NCBI RefSeq assembly: GCF_001194135.2
Contig: NC_068981.1
Span: forward strand, 124,667,953 to 124,731,952
DNA from: Octopus bimaculoides
Taxonomy: Eukaryota
Length of the DNA stretch: 64,000 nt
Direction of reading: 5' to 3'
The notes under the pieces were generated by a model. The model was given only the letters and a program-made list of their open reading frames with translations, searched no databases and was not told the origin of the DNA. Within the stretch, counting starts at the first letter, position 1. Every line of letters begins with the position of its first letter. Both the position numbers and the translations under genes were made by a program. Of the stretch, positions 1-12,396 are shown in pieces.

Positions 1-53
1 TATATATATTAGATATATAATATACATATAACACATATATTACATATATATGT

Positions 54-78
<25 letters not shown>

Positions 79-84
<6 letters not shown>

Positions 85-1134
85 CTACTATCGTCATTAT
101 ATACAAACAATCCATCTTCTCTCACTATAAATATTGAAACACGCGAGCGTAGTAGAAAACATCTCTTTCCCTGTCATCACCTGACTGACCATTATTTGAA
201 GCGGCAACTGCTTCGTACCGTTCCCACCAGAACGCAAACTGACCAATCATGGCCCCTAATAAGGTCACGTGATAGTGTTCTTGTAATGCTTTCCTGGCGC
301 CTACCCTCAGTTATAAATAGCCTGCTAGATACCCAGCAAATTCGTCGCGCCACAGATCCTAGATCTGGCCGGTGTTGACCACACACGCGTAACACAGCAG
401 CAACCAGTTTCTAGCGACGACATCGACACCATCGTCCAACTACGACTACCAGCATCGTCGCCAGCAGCAACACGACTCTACGACTACCAGCATCGCCAAC
501 AGCGTCAACATGACTCTACACGTACACACGATACCAACAGCTAACCAAACTACCGCGGCACTTCTCTCTTCGATTCTGTTTGTGTGATTCAACTTCACCA
601 CGATAAATAACAGACAAGAACTCAGCTTGCGAAGAACATCTGTATTCAAGAACCCGGCTTGGCATGGAAACCCTAACATCACAACGAGTGATCGCTCTGC
701 CCCACACGCCTTAACTTCTTACATATAGACACTTACCACTGTGTACTCTATGAACTGGTACCTTAAATTCTAATAAGTGTTACTGACTCTAAACTAATTC
801 TGTATCTGACGCATACACATACATGTATTACTCGCACACACACTTTTGTTTACACGACGGCCTGTCTTTTATTATGTTTTATTATGTTGCATACACTCAC
901 ACACAGACATACAATTTAATGCTACAATAAATATTACTGTTATACATTTTTATCGGTTGTGTCCTATCTTGTACCTTACTGGCATTTACGAGTTCTCTAC
1001 GTTATCGAAGTATAACATACATATATATCATTTGATATATTTTTGTGTTCGACCGTGTGATGCGTTTAATAAAAGGAGCCCTGTTTTACCATTTGTCACC
1101 ATTTCTCCTTTTGGGTTCGCACGGTCGTTCTTAC
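79..1134 (+). mobile_element. Solo-LTR-like element, copy 1 (3' end runs into the gap)
   Basis: Homologous along its length to 6939-8148 (reverse) and 8607-9010. Flanked by (TA)n at 1-80 and, across the gap, at 1707-1751. AATAAA near the 3' end. Confidence 0.7.
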
Positions 1135-1706
1135 NNNNNNNNNNNNNNNNNNNNNNNNNNNNNNNNNNNNNNNNNNNNNNNNNNNNNNNNNNNNNNNNNN
1201 NNNNNNNNNNNNNNNNNNNNNNNNNNNNNNNNNNNNNNNNNNNNNNNNNNNNNNNNNNNNNNNNNNNNNNNNNNNNNNNNNNNNNNNNNNNNNNNNNNNN
1301 NNNNNNNNNNNNNNNNNNNNNNNNNNNNNNNNNNNNNNNNNNNNNNNNNNNNNNNNNNNNNNNNNNNNNNNNNNNNNNNNNNNNNNNNNNNNNNNNNNNN
1401 NNNNNNNNNNNNNNNNNNNNNNNNNNNNNNNNNNNNNNNNNNNNNNNNNNNNNNNNNNNNNNNNNNNNNNNNNNNNNNNNNNNNNNNNNNNNNNNNNNNN
1501 NNNNNNNNNNNNNNNNNNNNNNNNNNNNNNNNNNNNNNNNNNNNNNNNNNNNNNNNNNNNNNNNNNNNNNNNNNNNNNNNNNNNNNNNNNNNNNNNNNNN
1601 NNNNNNNNNNNNNNNNNNNNNNNNNNNNNNNNNNNNNNNNNNNNNNNNNNNNNNNNNNNNNNNNNNNNNNNNNNNNNNNNNNNNNNNNNNNNNNNNNNNN
1701 NNNNNN
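1135..1706. other. Assembly gap (N). Others at 5600-6386, 7291-7771, 24621-25310, 43424-43714.
   Basis: N runs. ORFs that span them are artefacts. Confidence 0.99.
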
Positions 1707-1755
<49 letters not shown>

Positions 1756-2000
1756 CGCATACACGCTCACGCATGCGCGCGCGCAACACGCTCGCATCCA
1801 TACACACGCGCGCAAACAAGGTTCATACACTCGTCAATATACGCAGATACCCAAGAAAAAACAGAGCTAAAGGCAAAATACATAAAACAGGTCTATATGC
1901 GTACATTCTCGCATGTACGCACACACATCTATATACGCACGTATCCGCACACACGCACACAACCACAAGCGCGCACGAAAGGTTCCATGTACACGTCTAT

Positions 2001-2372
2001 GTTGTTGGCACTCCGTCGCTTACGACATCGAGAGTTCCAGTTCAACGGAACAGCCTGCTCGTGAAATTAACGTGCAAGTGGCTGAGCACTCCACAGACAC
2101 GTGTACCCTTAACGTAGTTCTCGGGGGATATTCAGCGTGACACAGTGTGACAAGGCTGACCCTTTGAATTACAGGCATAACAGGAAGTAAGAGTGCGAGA
2201 AACTTGTGGTGGAAGAGTACAGCAGGGTTCGCCACCATCCCCTGCCGGAGCCTCGTGGAGCTTTAGGTGTTTTTCGCTCAATAAACTCTCACAACGCCCG
2301 GTCTGGGAATCGAAACCGCGATCCTATGACTGCGAGTCCGCTACCCTAACCACTGGGCCATTGCGCCTCCAC
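2001..2372 (-). mobile_element. tRNA-derived SINE family A, full length
   Basis: A box TGGCCCAGTGG, B box GGTTTCGATTCC, CAAC tail, 10-bp TSD ACACGTCTAT (1991-2000, 2373-2382). Confidence 0.9.
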
Positions 2373-2904
2373 ACACGTCTATAGACGCACAGGAAAAATG
2401 CAGGGTGGAAGGGAGAATACAGAAAAAATATATGTAAAAAATATACAAAATAATATCTCTATAAATATGTAAAAAAAAAAATATTAAAAAAAATATAAAA
2501 GAAATCTAAGTAAAAAGTATAGAGAGATAAAAAGCTTGTACATAGACACAATATAGAAAGCAAGTCCTATCAGTAATCTCGTGGGGGTGGGGACCAAAAG
2601 CACGACGGGCTTCTTTCAGTTTTCGTCTACCAAATCCATTCAGAAGGCTTTGATCGGCCCGAAAATATAGTAGAAGACTCTTGCCCAAGCTGCCTCATAG
2701 TGGGACTGAACCCAGAACCATATGCTTCGGAAGCAAGCTTCTTTCCACACAGCCACGGCTGCGCCTGATGTCCACAAAATAAATAATAAAATAAAGGAAA
2801 TATTATAGACACACTCAGAGAGAGAGAGAGAGAGAAATATACAAACAGAGAAAGAGAAAGAAAGGGAGATGATAATGATTTACAAAGAAAGATTGAAATA
2901 AGTC

Positions 2905-3121
2905 ACCAGGCCACGCGCTGGCAAAATCGTTAGCACGCTGGTCAAAATACTTCGCGGTATTTCGTCCATCCTTACGTTCTGTGTTCAAATTCTGCAGAGG
3001 TCAACTTTGCCTTTCATCTTTTCAGAGTCGATAAAATAAGTAACAGTTGATCATTGGGTTCGGTGTAATTGACTTAGTCCCTCCCCACAAACCTCAAGCC
3101 TTGTGCTTATAGTAAGAAAGG

Positions 3122-3125
<4 letters not shown>
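2905..3125 (+). mobile_element. SINE family C (GCTGGCAGAATCGTTAGC...GTTCAAATTC...GCCTTTCATCC core). Other copies at about 13118-13320(+), 38615-38810(+), 44580-44755(-), 55140-55590(- x2), 56160-56385(+), 56385-56525(-).
   Basis: Dispersed homologous copies with Pol III B-box GTTCAAATTC. Confidence 0.85.
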
Positions 3126-3159
<34 letters not shown>

Positions 3160-3163
<4 letters not shown>

Positions 3164-3560
3164 TTTATTCTTTTACTTGTTTCAGTCATTTGATTACGGC
3201 CATGTTGGATCACCGCCTTTAGTCGAACAAATTGACCTCAGGACGTATTCTTTGTAAGCCTAGTACTTATTCTATCGGTCTATTTTGCCGAACCACTGGT
3301 TACGGGGACATAAACACACCAACATCGGTTGGCAAACGATGGTGTGGAGACAAACACAAACACATAAACACACACACACACACATATACGATGAGCTTCT
3401 TTCAGTTTCCATCTGCCAAATCCACTCGCAAGGCTTTGGTCGGCTCGAGGCTATAGTAGAAGACACTGGCCCAACCTGCCACGCAGTGAGACTGAACCCG
3501 GAACCATGTGGTTGGGAAGCAAGCTTTTTACCACACAACCACATGAATAAGAACACTATA
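3160..3560 (-). mobile_element. SINE family B (GGCTGTGTGGTAAGAAGCTTGC head, GACTGAAACAAGTAAAAGAATAAA tail). Other copies at about 2600-2765(-), 11870-12190(+), 24235-24395(+), 26255-26420(-), 45140-45500(-), 56575-56765(-), 56815-57085(+), 57125-57285(-).
   Basis: Multiple dispersed homologous copies with a B-box-like GGTTCAGTCCC. Confidence 0.85.
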
Positions 3561-3589
3561 AAAATATACATACCCTCTGATTTTTTTAT

Positions 3590-3790
<201 letters not shown>

Positions 3791-3960
3791 CGGGGAAATA
3801 TGAGACAATAAAGAGAAAAGAATAGAAGTGAAATAATCACATGCACACGCACGCATACAAAGAGCTACACGCACGTACACGTATATACATAAACACAGGC
3901 ACCCACACACACAGACTTATAATGCCTGTAGTATGAACATGTGTGTTAGTGTGTATGTGC

Positions 3961-4027
<67 letters not shown>

Positions 4028-4144
4028 CTTAGCCAAACCCACACAAGTACATAAAAAACACACACACAAACTAACATAGCACATAGTTGCATGTATGAAA
4101 TCATACACATAAATGTCACCAACATACGTAGGATCGTCTGCATC

Positions 4145-4152
4145 TATTTAAA
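4145..4152 (+). promoter_or_regulatory. TATA-like box (TATTTAAA) upstream of the EF-hand gene
   Basis: Lies about 120 nt upstream of the ATG and about 35 nt upstream of a putative 5'UTR donor at 4187. Motif match only. Confidence 0.35.
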
Positions 4153-4270
4153 GAGTTGACAACTGTGACACTGTTACTTTATCTAGGTAGAGTTCTATCT
4201 GATCGTATCGGCCAACACATAGGTGCTAATATTTCTTTCTTGACAACAGAAAAAATAAAAAGTGATAAAC

Positions 4271-4381
4271 ATGAGTGGATTTGGATCTATTGACAAAACC
4301 GGAGACGGACTGAGCTTGGATGAATTTGTCGAATATTTGAAAGAGAAATATGGCGTGAAAATTTCAAAAGATTTAGCTAGA
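4271..4381 (+). CDS. EF-hand Ca2+-binding protein, coding exon 1 of 3 (MSGFGSIDKTGDGLSLDEFVEYLKEKYGVKISKDLAR)
   Basis: ATG at 4271 with an in-frame TAA just upstream (4256-4258). 37 codons contain the EF-hand-like FxxIDKTGDG-LSLDEF and end at a consensus donor AGA|GTAAGT (4382), phase 0. Confidence 0.85.
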
Positions 4382-5325
4382 GTAAGTTTAATTATTTTTC
4401 TTTTTTCCTCGTTTTAAATACTAACACTTACGAGACTCTAGCACGCAAACACATTGAGATGTGTGTTTTTGTTGTTGCTGAAATTGTTGCTGTCCTAATT
4501 GATTAACAGCCTAAGTCAACCTTGATCTAATACACCTGTGACTAAAGGCGTTCCGCTTGTGATTACGCAGTCTTTTTGCATCGTGTCTAAGACCGCATTA
4601 GCTAATGCATTTTTCATTTCATATAAAGATTTAGTTTGCTACTTCTAGCAAATACACTTTGACTACCATATTCACAAATACGCAAGCATACTGTGGATAT
4701 ATGTAATTCGTATTAGTACGTATGTGTGCGTGATCAGCATATTTCTTTTCCAATCAAATTCCGATACAATCGGAAAATTATTTGTAGAAAATTTCATTAA
4801 AAAATACCCAGTTTTCTGAAAGTTATGAAGAAACAAAGCTGACTCGTGTAAATATTCTGAACTCCCCTCCCCACCCACGGAAGCAAAACGTTTTCACAAC
4901 AAAATTCCAATGCAATCGGAATCTACACCATTTGGATTATAATTATAGAAAACTTCATTTAAGAAATAATATTTTTCTGGAAGTTAGAGTAAACAAGATT
5001 TGTGGTGGCAGACTTGTGAGGGTATTCTAACTTATGAAATTTTCTACAGATACCTTTTAGATAGTGTGCATTTCCATTATATCGGAATTTAATCTGAAAA
5101 ATAAAATTGTTTGGCACGCATACTGACATACATCACAATGTTTTTCGGAAATTTCAAGTCTCATTTTCTAGATGCGTGTGTTGTGCGTCAGTATGTGTAC
5201 AAACCCAGTATTTTTTATGTTTTTCTTTTTCATACGTTAGGGCAGTAATGTATTTACAGGAGGTTAATTATATGGCCGGTCGTATAATTAATTTCCTATT
5301 TTATATATATATATATATATGCGTA

Positions 5326-5599
5326 TAAGAAGGGATGATCACTAAGTGGACATCCGATATGCTAGAAAAAGTTCATCTACGATCTAACAACAAAGAAAAG
5401 AATGTTCTCCAGAAAAAAACTCAGCAAACACCAGAGCATAAGCGACCAAGACGAATGAAAATATACAAAATAAAGAGTTAATGGCGAAACCCGGTCCAAG
5501 ATTTATTCTTTATTTTGTATATTTTCATTTGTCTTGCCCGCTTATGTTCTGGTGTTTGCTGAATTTTTTTCTGGAGAACATTCTTTTCTTTGTTGTTAG
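5326..5599. mobile_element. Fold-back/MITE-like element with about 100-bp near-perfect inverted arms; right end in the gap
   Basis: About 5377-5475 is the reverse complement of about 5503-5599, with a loop of about 25-30 nt. Confidence 0.65.
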
Positions 5600-6501
5600 N
5601 NNNNNNNNNNNNNNNNNNNNNNNNNNNNNNNNNNNNNNNNNNNNNNNNNNNNNNNNNNNNNNNNNNNNNNNNNNNNNNNNNNNNNNNNNNNNNNNNNNNN
5701 NNNNNNNNNNNNNNNNNNNNNNNNNNNNNNNNNNNNNNNNNNNNNNNNNNNNNNNNNNNNNNNNNNNNNNNNNNNNNNNNNNNNNNNNNNNNNNNNNNNN
5801 NNNNNNNNNNNNNNNNNNNNNNNNNNNNNNNNNNNNNNNNNNNNNNNNNNNNNNNNNNNNNNNNNNNNNNNNNNNNNNNNNNNNNNNNNNNNNNNNNNNN
5901 NNNNNNNNNNNNNNNNNNNNNNNNNNNNNNNNNNNNNNNNNNNNNNNNNNNNNNNNNNNNNNNNNNNNNNNNNNNNNNNNNNNNNNNNNNNNNNNNNNNN
6001 NNNNNNNNNNNNNNNNNNNNNNNNNNNNNNNNNNNNNNNNNNNNNNNNNNNNNNNNNNNNNNNNNNNNNNNNNNNNNNNNNNNNNNNNNNNNNNNNNNNN
6101 NNNNNNNNNNNNNNNNNNNNNNNNNNNNNNNNNNNNNNNNNNNNNNNNNNNNNNNNNNNNNNNNNNNNNNNNNNNNNNNNNNNNNNNNNNNNNNNNNNNN
6201 NNNNNNNNNNNNNNNNNNNNNNNNNNNNNNNNNNNNNNNNNNNNNNNNNNNNNNNNNNNNNNNNNNNNNNNNNNNNNNNNNNNNNNNNNNNNNNNNNNNN
6301 NNNNNNNNNNNNNNNNNNNNNNNNNNNNNNNNNNNNNNNNNNNNNNNNNNNNNNNNNNNNNNNNNNNNNNNNNNNNNNNNNNNNNNTATATATATGGGAG
6401 AATATACGAAAAAACAACAACAGACGAGGACAGGTGGTGTAAATAACAAAAGGATGTATTAGTATGACGCTCGGGAATACGGAAAGTCTTATATATATAT
6501 T

Positions 6502-6816
6502 TAAGAGGAATCTACTCATGGGATCCCTTACGCTAGAAAGAACTGCTAGGTTCTAGAACCACATAAATGAGAGGCATGGAATTGATTGCCTCGTGTTTAT
6601 ATACTTTAGTCTGAGGTATCCCTGTTGAAAACGACTTCACCTAGCAAATTATCTTATTTGCTAAACAAAAGTCAGAAAACAATTGGTCCAGGAGAAGAGA
6701 TGGTAAAAGTTTTTATTTTTCATTTCGTTCCTTTCGGGATTTTATCCTTAATTTTGTGGTTCTAGAACCTACCAGTTCTTTCTAGCGTAAGGGATCCTAT
6801 GAGTAGATTCCTCTTA
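6502..6816. mobile_element. MITE, about 315 bp, TIRs of about 70 bp, TA (or TTAA-like) target
   Basis: TAAGAGGAATCTACTCATGGGATCCCTTACGCTAGAAAGAACTG...CAGTTCTTTCTAGCGTAAGGGATCCTATGAGTAGATTCCTCTTA. Confidence 0.8.
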
Positions 6817-6938
6817 TATATTTGAATATACACTGTACCTTATGAATAGTTCATAGTCTTTGGACTACGTTAGGCCACTTGGAAGTGAAAATTTTTATTA
6901 ATTTCCATTTCTCTTTGATATGATTAAGTATATATATA

Positions 6939-8148
6939 TGTTAGGGACGACCGTGCGAACTCATAAAGGAGTAATGGTGACGAATGGACAAACAGAGGAC
7001 TCCTTTTATTTAAACGTGTCACACGGTCGAACATACAAATATAGATATCAATGGATGATATACATGATATGTTATGCGACGATAACATAGATGACCAGTA
7101 ATGAAAGACCACAACCGTATTAGATGAATAACAGAGATATTTATTGTAGTGTTAAAGATGTATGTCTGTGTGAGAGTGTGAATGCGACATATAAGAACAT
7201 AATCAAAGACAGGCCGTCATACAAAGAAAAGTGTGTATGTGAGTGATACATGTGTGTATGAGTGTTTACAGCAGATAGAAAGAAAGTCAANNNNNNNNNN
7301 NNNNNNNNNNNNNNNNNNNNNNNNNNNNNNNNNNNNNNNNNNNNNNNNNNNNNNNNNNNNNNNNNNNNNNNNNNNNNNNNNNNNNNNNNNNNNNNNNNNN
7401 NNNNNNNNNNNNNNNNNNNNNNNNNNNNNNNNNNNNNNNNNNNNNNNNNNNNNNNNNNNNNNNNNNNNNNNNNNNNNNNNNNNNNNNNNNNNNNNNNNNN
7501 NNNNNNNNNNNNNNNNNNNNNNNNNNNNNNNNNNNNNNNNNNNNNNNNNNNNNNNNNNNNNNNNNNNNNNNNNNNNNNNNNNNNNNNNNNNNNNNNNNNN
7601 NNNNNNNNNNNNNNNNNNNNNNNNNNNNNNNNNNNNNNNNNNNNNNNNNNNNNNNNNNNNNNNNNNNNNNNNNNNNNNNNNNNNNNNNNNNNNNNNNNNN
7701 NNNNNNNNNNNNNNNNNNNNNNNNNNNNNNNNNNNNNNNNNNNNNNNNNNNNNNNNNNNNNNNNNNNNNNNCATCGTGGCTGGACGAAGCTGCTGAAGTG
7801 GTCGCTGGAACTGCTGCTGCTGTCGTGTGGTACACGGAACAGTTCTCAAAGAGAAACTGGACCGAGACGAATTATTGGGTATGAGTTAAAGCTATTTATA
7901 ACAAACTATGGGCTCCCGAAGGCTTCAGAATTTTACTCTATCACGTGACCTTATTAGGGGCCGTGATTGGTCAGTTTGCGTTCTGGCGGGAACGGTTCGA
8001 AGAAGTTGCCGATTCGAATAATGATCAGTCACGTGATGTCAAGGAATGGGTTCTCTACTACGCTCGCATTTATTTATATTTAAATGAGAAGATTGTATGT
8101 AATGGCGATAGTAGTTTGTATCTAATGGCGGGAGGTAGTTTCACTACA
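6939..8148 (-). mobile_element. Solo-LTR-like element, copy 2 (TGTAGTGAAAC...GTCCCTAACA)
   Basis: TG...CA termini with TATA(TA) on both flanks (6935-6938, 8149-8152). Internal N gap at 7291-7771. No TIR and no ORF. Confidence 0.75.
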
Positions 8149-8606
8149 TATATATCAAAGTTAAAAAAGCACACACAACAAACAGAAATCGTCAAAACTT
8201 AACAAGCACGAAAAAGACGATAGCACAACAACGGCAAACAGGACAAAACAAGATACACAGATCATTCACAGTCAGTTACTTCTTCATCCGAAAACATGAA
8301 ATGTCCACGTGGTTTCACCCAATCTTCTCTTATACTACTCGAAACCAGTTGGGCCAAGGGCTAAAGCTGAATACATTAATCCCCTGAGCAAGGCAAGCGA
8401 ATGTACATATACAAACACAAGGAAATAACAAACAGAAAGGGTCTTTCGACTATCGGACGAACGTAGCATAAGAAATAGAATTATACGTATACAGTGGACA
8501 AAAGCCTTTCGGCTATACAACAAATATAAAAACAAAACAAACAGGATCTTCCGACTATCAGACGGTGTAAGGAAAAAGGAAATGGAAAAAGGTAGATAGA
8601 TAGATA

Positions 8607-9010
8607 TGTAGTGAAACTACCTATCGCCATTAGATACAAAACTGCTATCGCCATTCTTCTCATTTAAATATAAACAAGCGCGGGCGTAGCGGAAAACATC
8701 AACCTTGTCATCACGTGACTGATCATTATTCGAATCGGCAACTTCTTCGAACCGTTCCCGCCAGAACGCAAACTGACCAATCACAGCCCTTAATAAGGTC
8801 ACGTGATAGTGTTTTTCTACTACCGTCTTGGAGCCCCCTGAATGCTTTAAATAGAGCAACTCATACCCAGTAAAAAGGTCTCGGTTCAGTTTCTCTTTGA
8901 GATCTGTTCCGTGTACCACACGACAGCAGCAGCAACAATCAGTCAGCGACCACTTCAACAGCTTCATCCAGCCAACGATTACCACCGCCGTCGCCACATC
9001 AGCAACACGA
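8607..9010 (+). mobile_element. Solo-LTR-like element, copy 3 (3'-truncated), head-to-head with copy 2
   Basis: Starts TGTAGTGAAACTACC and is the inverted copy of about 7775-8148. The ORF track shows the same peptide (AVIGQFAFWRERFEEVADSNNDQSRD) on opposite strands. Confidence 0.75.
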
Positions 9011-9104
9011 GACTACGACCTAACTGCACCACCTCCTCGTTAGATAAACTTTCTCAATAACGTCAACCTTTATTACTTTTCCTCTGTGTGTGTGTGTGTG
9101 TGTG

Positions 9105-9420
9105 TGTGGTCATGAACGACCATCGCATTGCAGCTTGAAAGTTACTTTCCGCAGGTTAGGTGGTTTATGGAAGAGCGGCAGTCGTCATGCCATGCATAAC
9201 AAACCTCCCCACTGCACGCCACCGACGTTATCCAAAAGAAAGGCAAAGGCCAAAACAGTTTGGCACCAGTGGCGTCGCAACTCATTTCTACAGTTGAGTG
9301 AACTGGAGCAACGTGGAATAAAGTTTCTTGCTCAAGAGCACAACACACAGCCCGATCCGGGAATCAAACTCACAACCTCATGATTGTGAACCCAACACTC
9401 TAACGACTGAGGCATGCAAG
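9105..9420 (-). mobile_element. SINE family D (tRNA head). Other copies at 26640-26975(-) and 52078-52441(-).
   Basis: Shared TTGCTCAAGAACACAACACACAGCCC / GAACTGGAGCAACG segments; the 52078 copy has a 9-bp TSD GGTAACTAA. Confidence 0.85.
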
Positions 9421-10299
9421 CAATAACGACTTACCCAACCTATGCCTACCTTTTATGTGGGAAGGGTCGTTACTTCCTTCTTAAATAAATCAAAGGACCA
9501 CATCTTACTCAAAAGCTTTGTTTTGTTCGACTTGGTTTTTTTGTTAGATGCCTTTTGTAATAAGAACTACTTTATAGGGTGTAGTGAGTCCATTTTATTA
9601 TGACACTGGTGTTACAGCCGTTGTCACATCTTTGACATGAATGAAGTTTTTTCTCAACTCTATACCTAATATAGTAAACTGGGTGCGTTTTGTTTGGAGA
9701 TCAGATTTTTACCACGTTATACCATATTTTCCTGGCATCCCTCATCGACAGTAATACATACAAACATCCGTCCATCCATTCATCCATCCATACATACATA
9801 CATACATACATACATACATACATACAGACAGACATACAAATATACATACGTACATATAAACATACAGACATACATACATTGACAGACAGACAGGTACGAA
9901 CATATATTCATACATTCTTGAATGATTGTTCACAAGGATAAATCTTACTCTCATAAAATAAAGTAAATGATGGCACATGTACCACACAAAAACCACAAAA
10001 TCACCAGAATGAAAGGCTCCATTTATGGGCATGCAATCAGGCAGCTAACACATCATACCACCAATGTAATACAAAAATTTCAATTTAATTATGAAAGTTG
10101 TCAACTGCACGACTCAAACTGTTACACTTGACATACATGTAGGGCACTTTCTCGTTAGTTGACAATGCACTTAGAACAAGGATGCATTGCATCTTGTTAC
10201 ATATAATACGTTCAAATAATATTAGATACCAAAACCGTTAGCTAACACTACTACAATTTTATATAGAATTCTACAGAAAATTAGAATTGCTATTGAAGC

Positions 10300-11440
10300 T
10301 TTACTAGTAGCAAAATAAAAGCCAAAATTCAGCACAAATACGTTATGTAAAATAAATCATGAAGTCTGCCATGATATAGCCGTTCTATAATCCGAAAATC
10401 CGTTTAAGATTTCATCAGTTGTAACAGTAGTTCTATGATCGCTTGCAACTAACTGAAAAATGCATAAAGAACATGCCATTATTTCAAACAATTTATTCTG
10501 ATGATGATACCAGAAAGATTATGAAATGCTAATGGGACAGTAGATTTGTGAATGCTATTGTCCAAAACTAAACATAGCGGACTTATAAGGAAATATATTT
10601 TAAAAATCCTTAATAAAATATAGCTGCATTCCGCGGATCACATACACACATACACACACAAACATACATGCACACATGCACACACACACATACACACACA
10701 CAAACATATACAAACATACACACACACACACACATACTCTTATAATTGATGTGTGTGTGTGTGTGTGTCTGTGTGTGTGTGTGTGTGTGAGTATATATAA
10801 TATGCATAATAAAATGAAACAACAGTTCAATAACCCACCTACAGGAACTAGCAAGCATATGCTTAAAAATACCAACAGAGGAGACATAAACCCCAATGAA
10901 AAGTACCAAATACGGCTAAATCATGTTAGTAAAAATGATCGTGATATAGCTAACACGGTAACAACGTTGGAAAATGAAGTCACAACTGCCATATATACAA
11001 ACAAGTATAAATGCTCATGCAGAGAAAAACCAAAATGCCCATTGATGAACCTCTGTATGAGTACAAATCTTGTATATAAATGTACCGTGCACTCAAGGCG
11101 GTGTGTATGTTTACATTAGGCAAACGGCTGATTCATTCAAGAATCGTTATCACAACCATGTTTCCAGCTACAAGAAAATCAATATGAGACATTCAACATC
11201 TTTGGCCGATTTTGTGTGGCGACTTAAGGAAGACAAAATCAAGTATAACATAGCTTAGTCCATAGTAAGGCACGCAAAACCATATAATATCATTTCCAGG
11301 AGATGCCGACTCTGCTCCGAGGAATCCCTGTCTATTCGATGGACTAATAAGAAGATTATTAATACATTTTCTGAAGGACTTTCAAGATTCTTACATGCAT
11401 ATAAATGCACTTTCGCACAATGAATGAATTTTAGCAACTG
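10300..11440 (+). mobile_element. Penelope-like retroelement relic: RT C-terminal linker and GIY-YIG endonuclease
   Basis: CSCREKPKCPLMNLCMSTNLVYKCTV / VYIRQTADSFKNRYHNHVSSY...HSTSLADFVWRLKEDKIKYNI / KPYN...CRLC. Contains frameshifts and stops and is interrupted by a (CA)/(TG) microsatellite. Confidence 0.8.
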
Positions 11441-12396
11441 TTAATATATTTCACCTTAAGGTATGGATGAATTAAATTTAGCTTTAACTTCTCCGTTTTT
11501 CTAAACACCAAGTAGCTAGTTAACTCGCTATCTGAACATATGTGCGCCAAACCACGCGTGTGCGTTGATTACATCTTCATGGAGGCTTGTATGGCAGAGT
11601 GTACATACGTTAACGATTATTCTTAATACTTTTTTTGTTGCACTGTGCTCGTTTCATTTTGCATCTGTTATCTTATTATTGATCTTCTATATAAATGAAG
11701 CTATATCCTTTAATTTGCAGCTTTTCTTTGCAAGAACTGAAAAGATACATTGCGGGACCGTTATTTTGACGAGTTATATCTATTTATCACCCGAAGAGAT
11801 ACATCTGCACCGTCGGATGCTCTTGAACCAGTTGTTAAGTATCCCACCCGTGAGGGATCAACGCTCGATGGTGGCTGTGTGGCTGTGTGCTTTCCAACTA
11901 CGTGGTTCTGGGTTCAGTCCCACTGCGTGACAGCTTGTTCAAGTGTTTTCTACTATAGTCTCGGGCCGACCAAAGCTTTGTGTGTGGATTTGGTAAACAG
12001 AAACTGAAAGAAGCCCGTATTATGTGTGTGTGTGTGTTTCTCCCCCATTTCTGCTTCACAACCAGTGTTGATGTGTTTACGTCCCCCGTAACTTAGTGGT
12101 TTGGCAAAAGAGATCAATAGAATAAGTACCAGGCTTTAAATAATAAATACTGGGGCTGATTCTAATGACTGAAACAAGTAAAAAATAAAGGTAAAAAAAA
12201 CTAAACCACCAAATCGTATGTCTTTGTCTCTGTTGCCAGAAAGTAAGGTAGACAGTAGTCATGAATCAGTTTTTAACTCTACAAATTTTGGTGGCAGCCT
12301 GCATTAATGTATCGCTCATATATTTATATATTATATAGTTGAATGTAAATAAATATAACTTCACCATAATTTCTTTCTTTCTTTTTCTAATTGTAG

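Noticed and set aside
10490-10530. CTGATGA...GAAA hammerhead-like core in the Penelope relic
   Set aside because: No G-C closing pair for stem II and no stem I or III complementarity.
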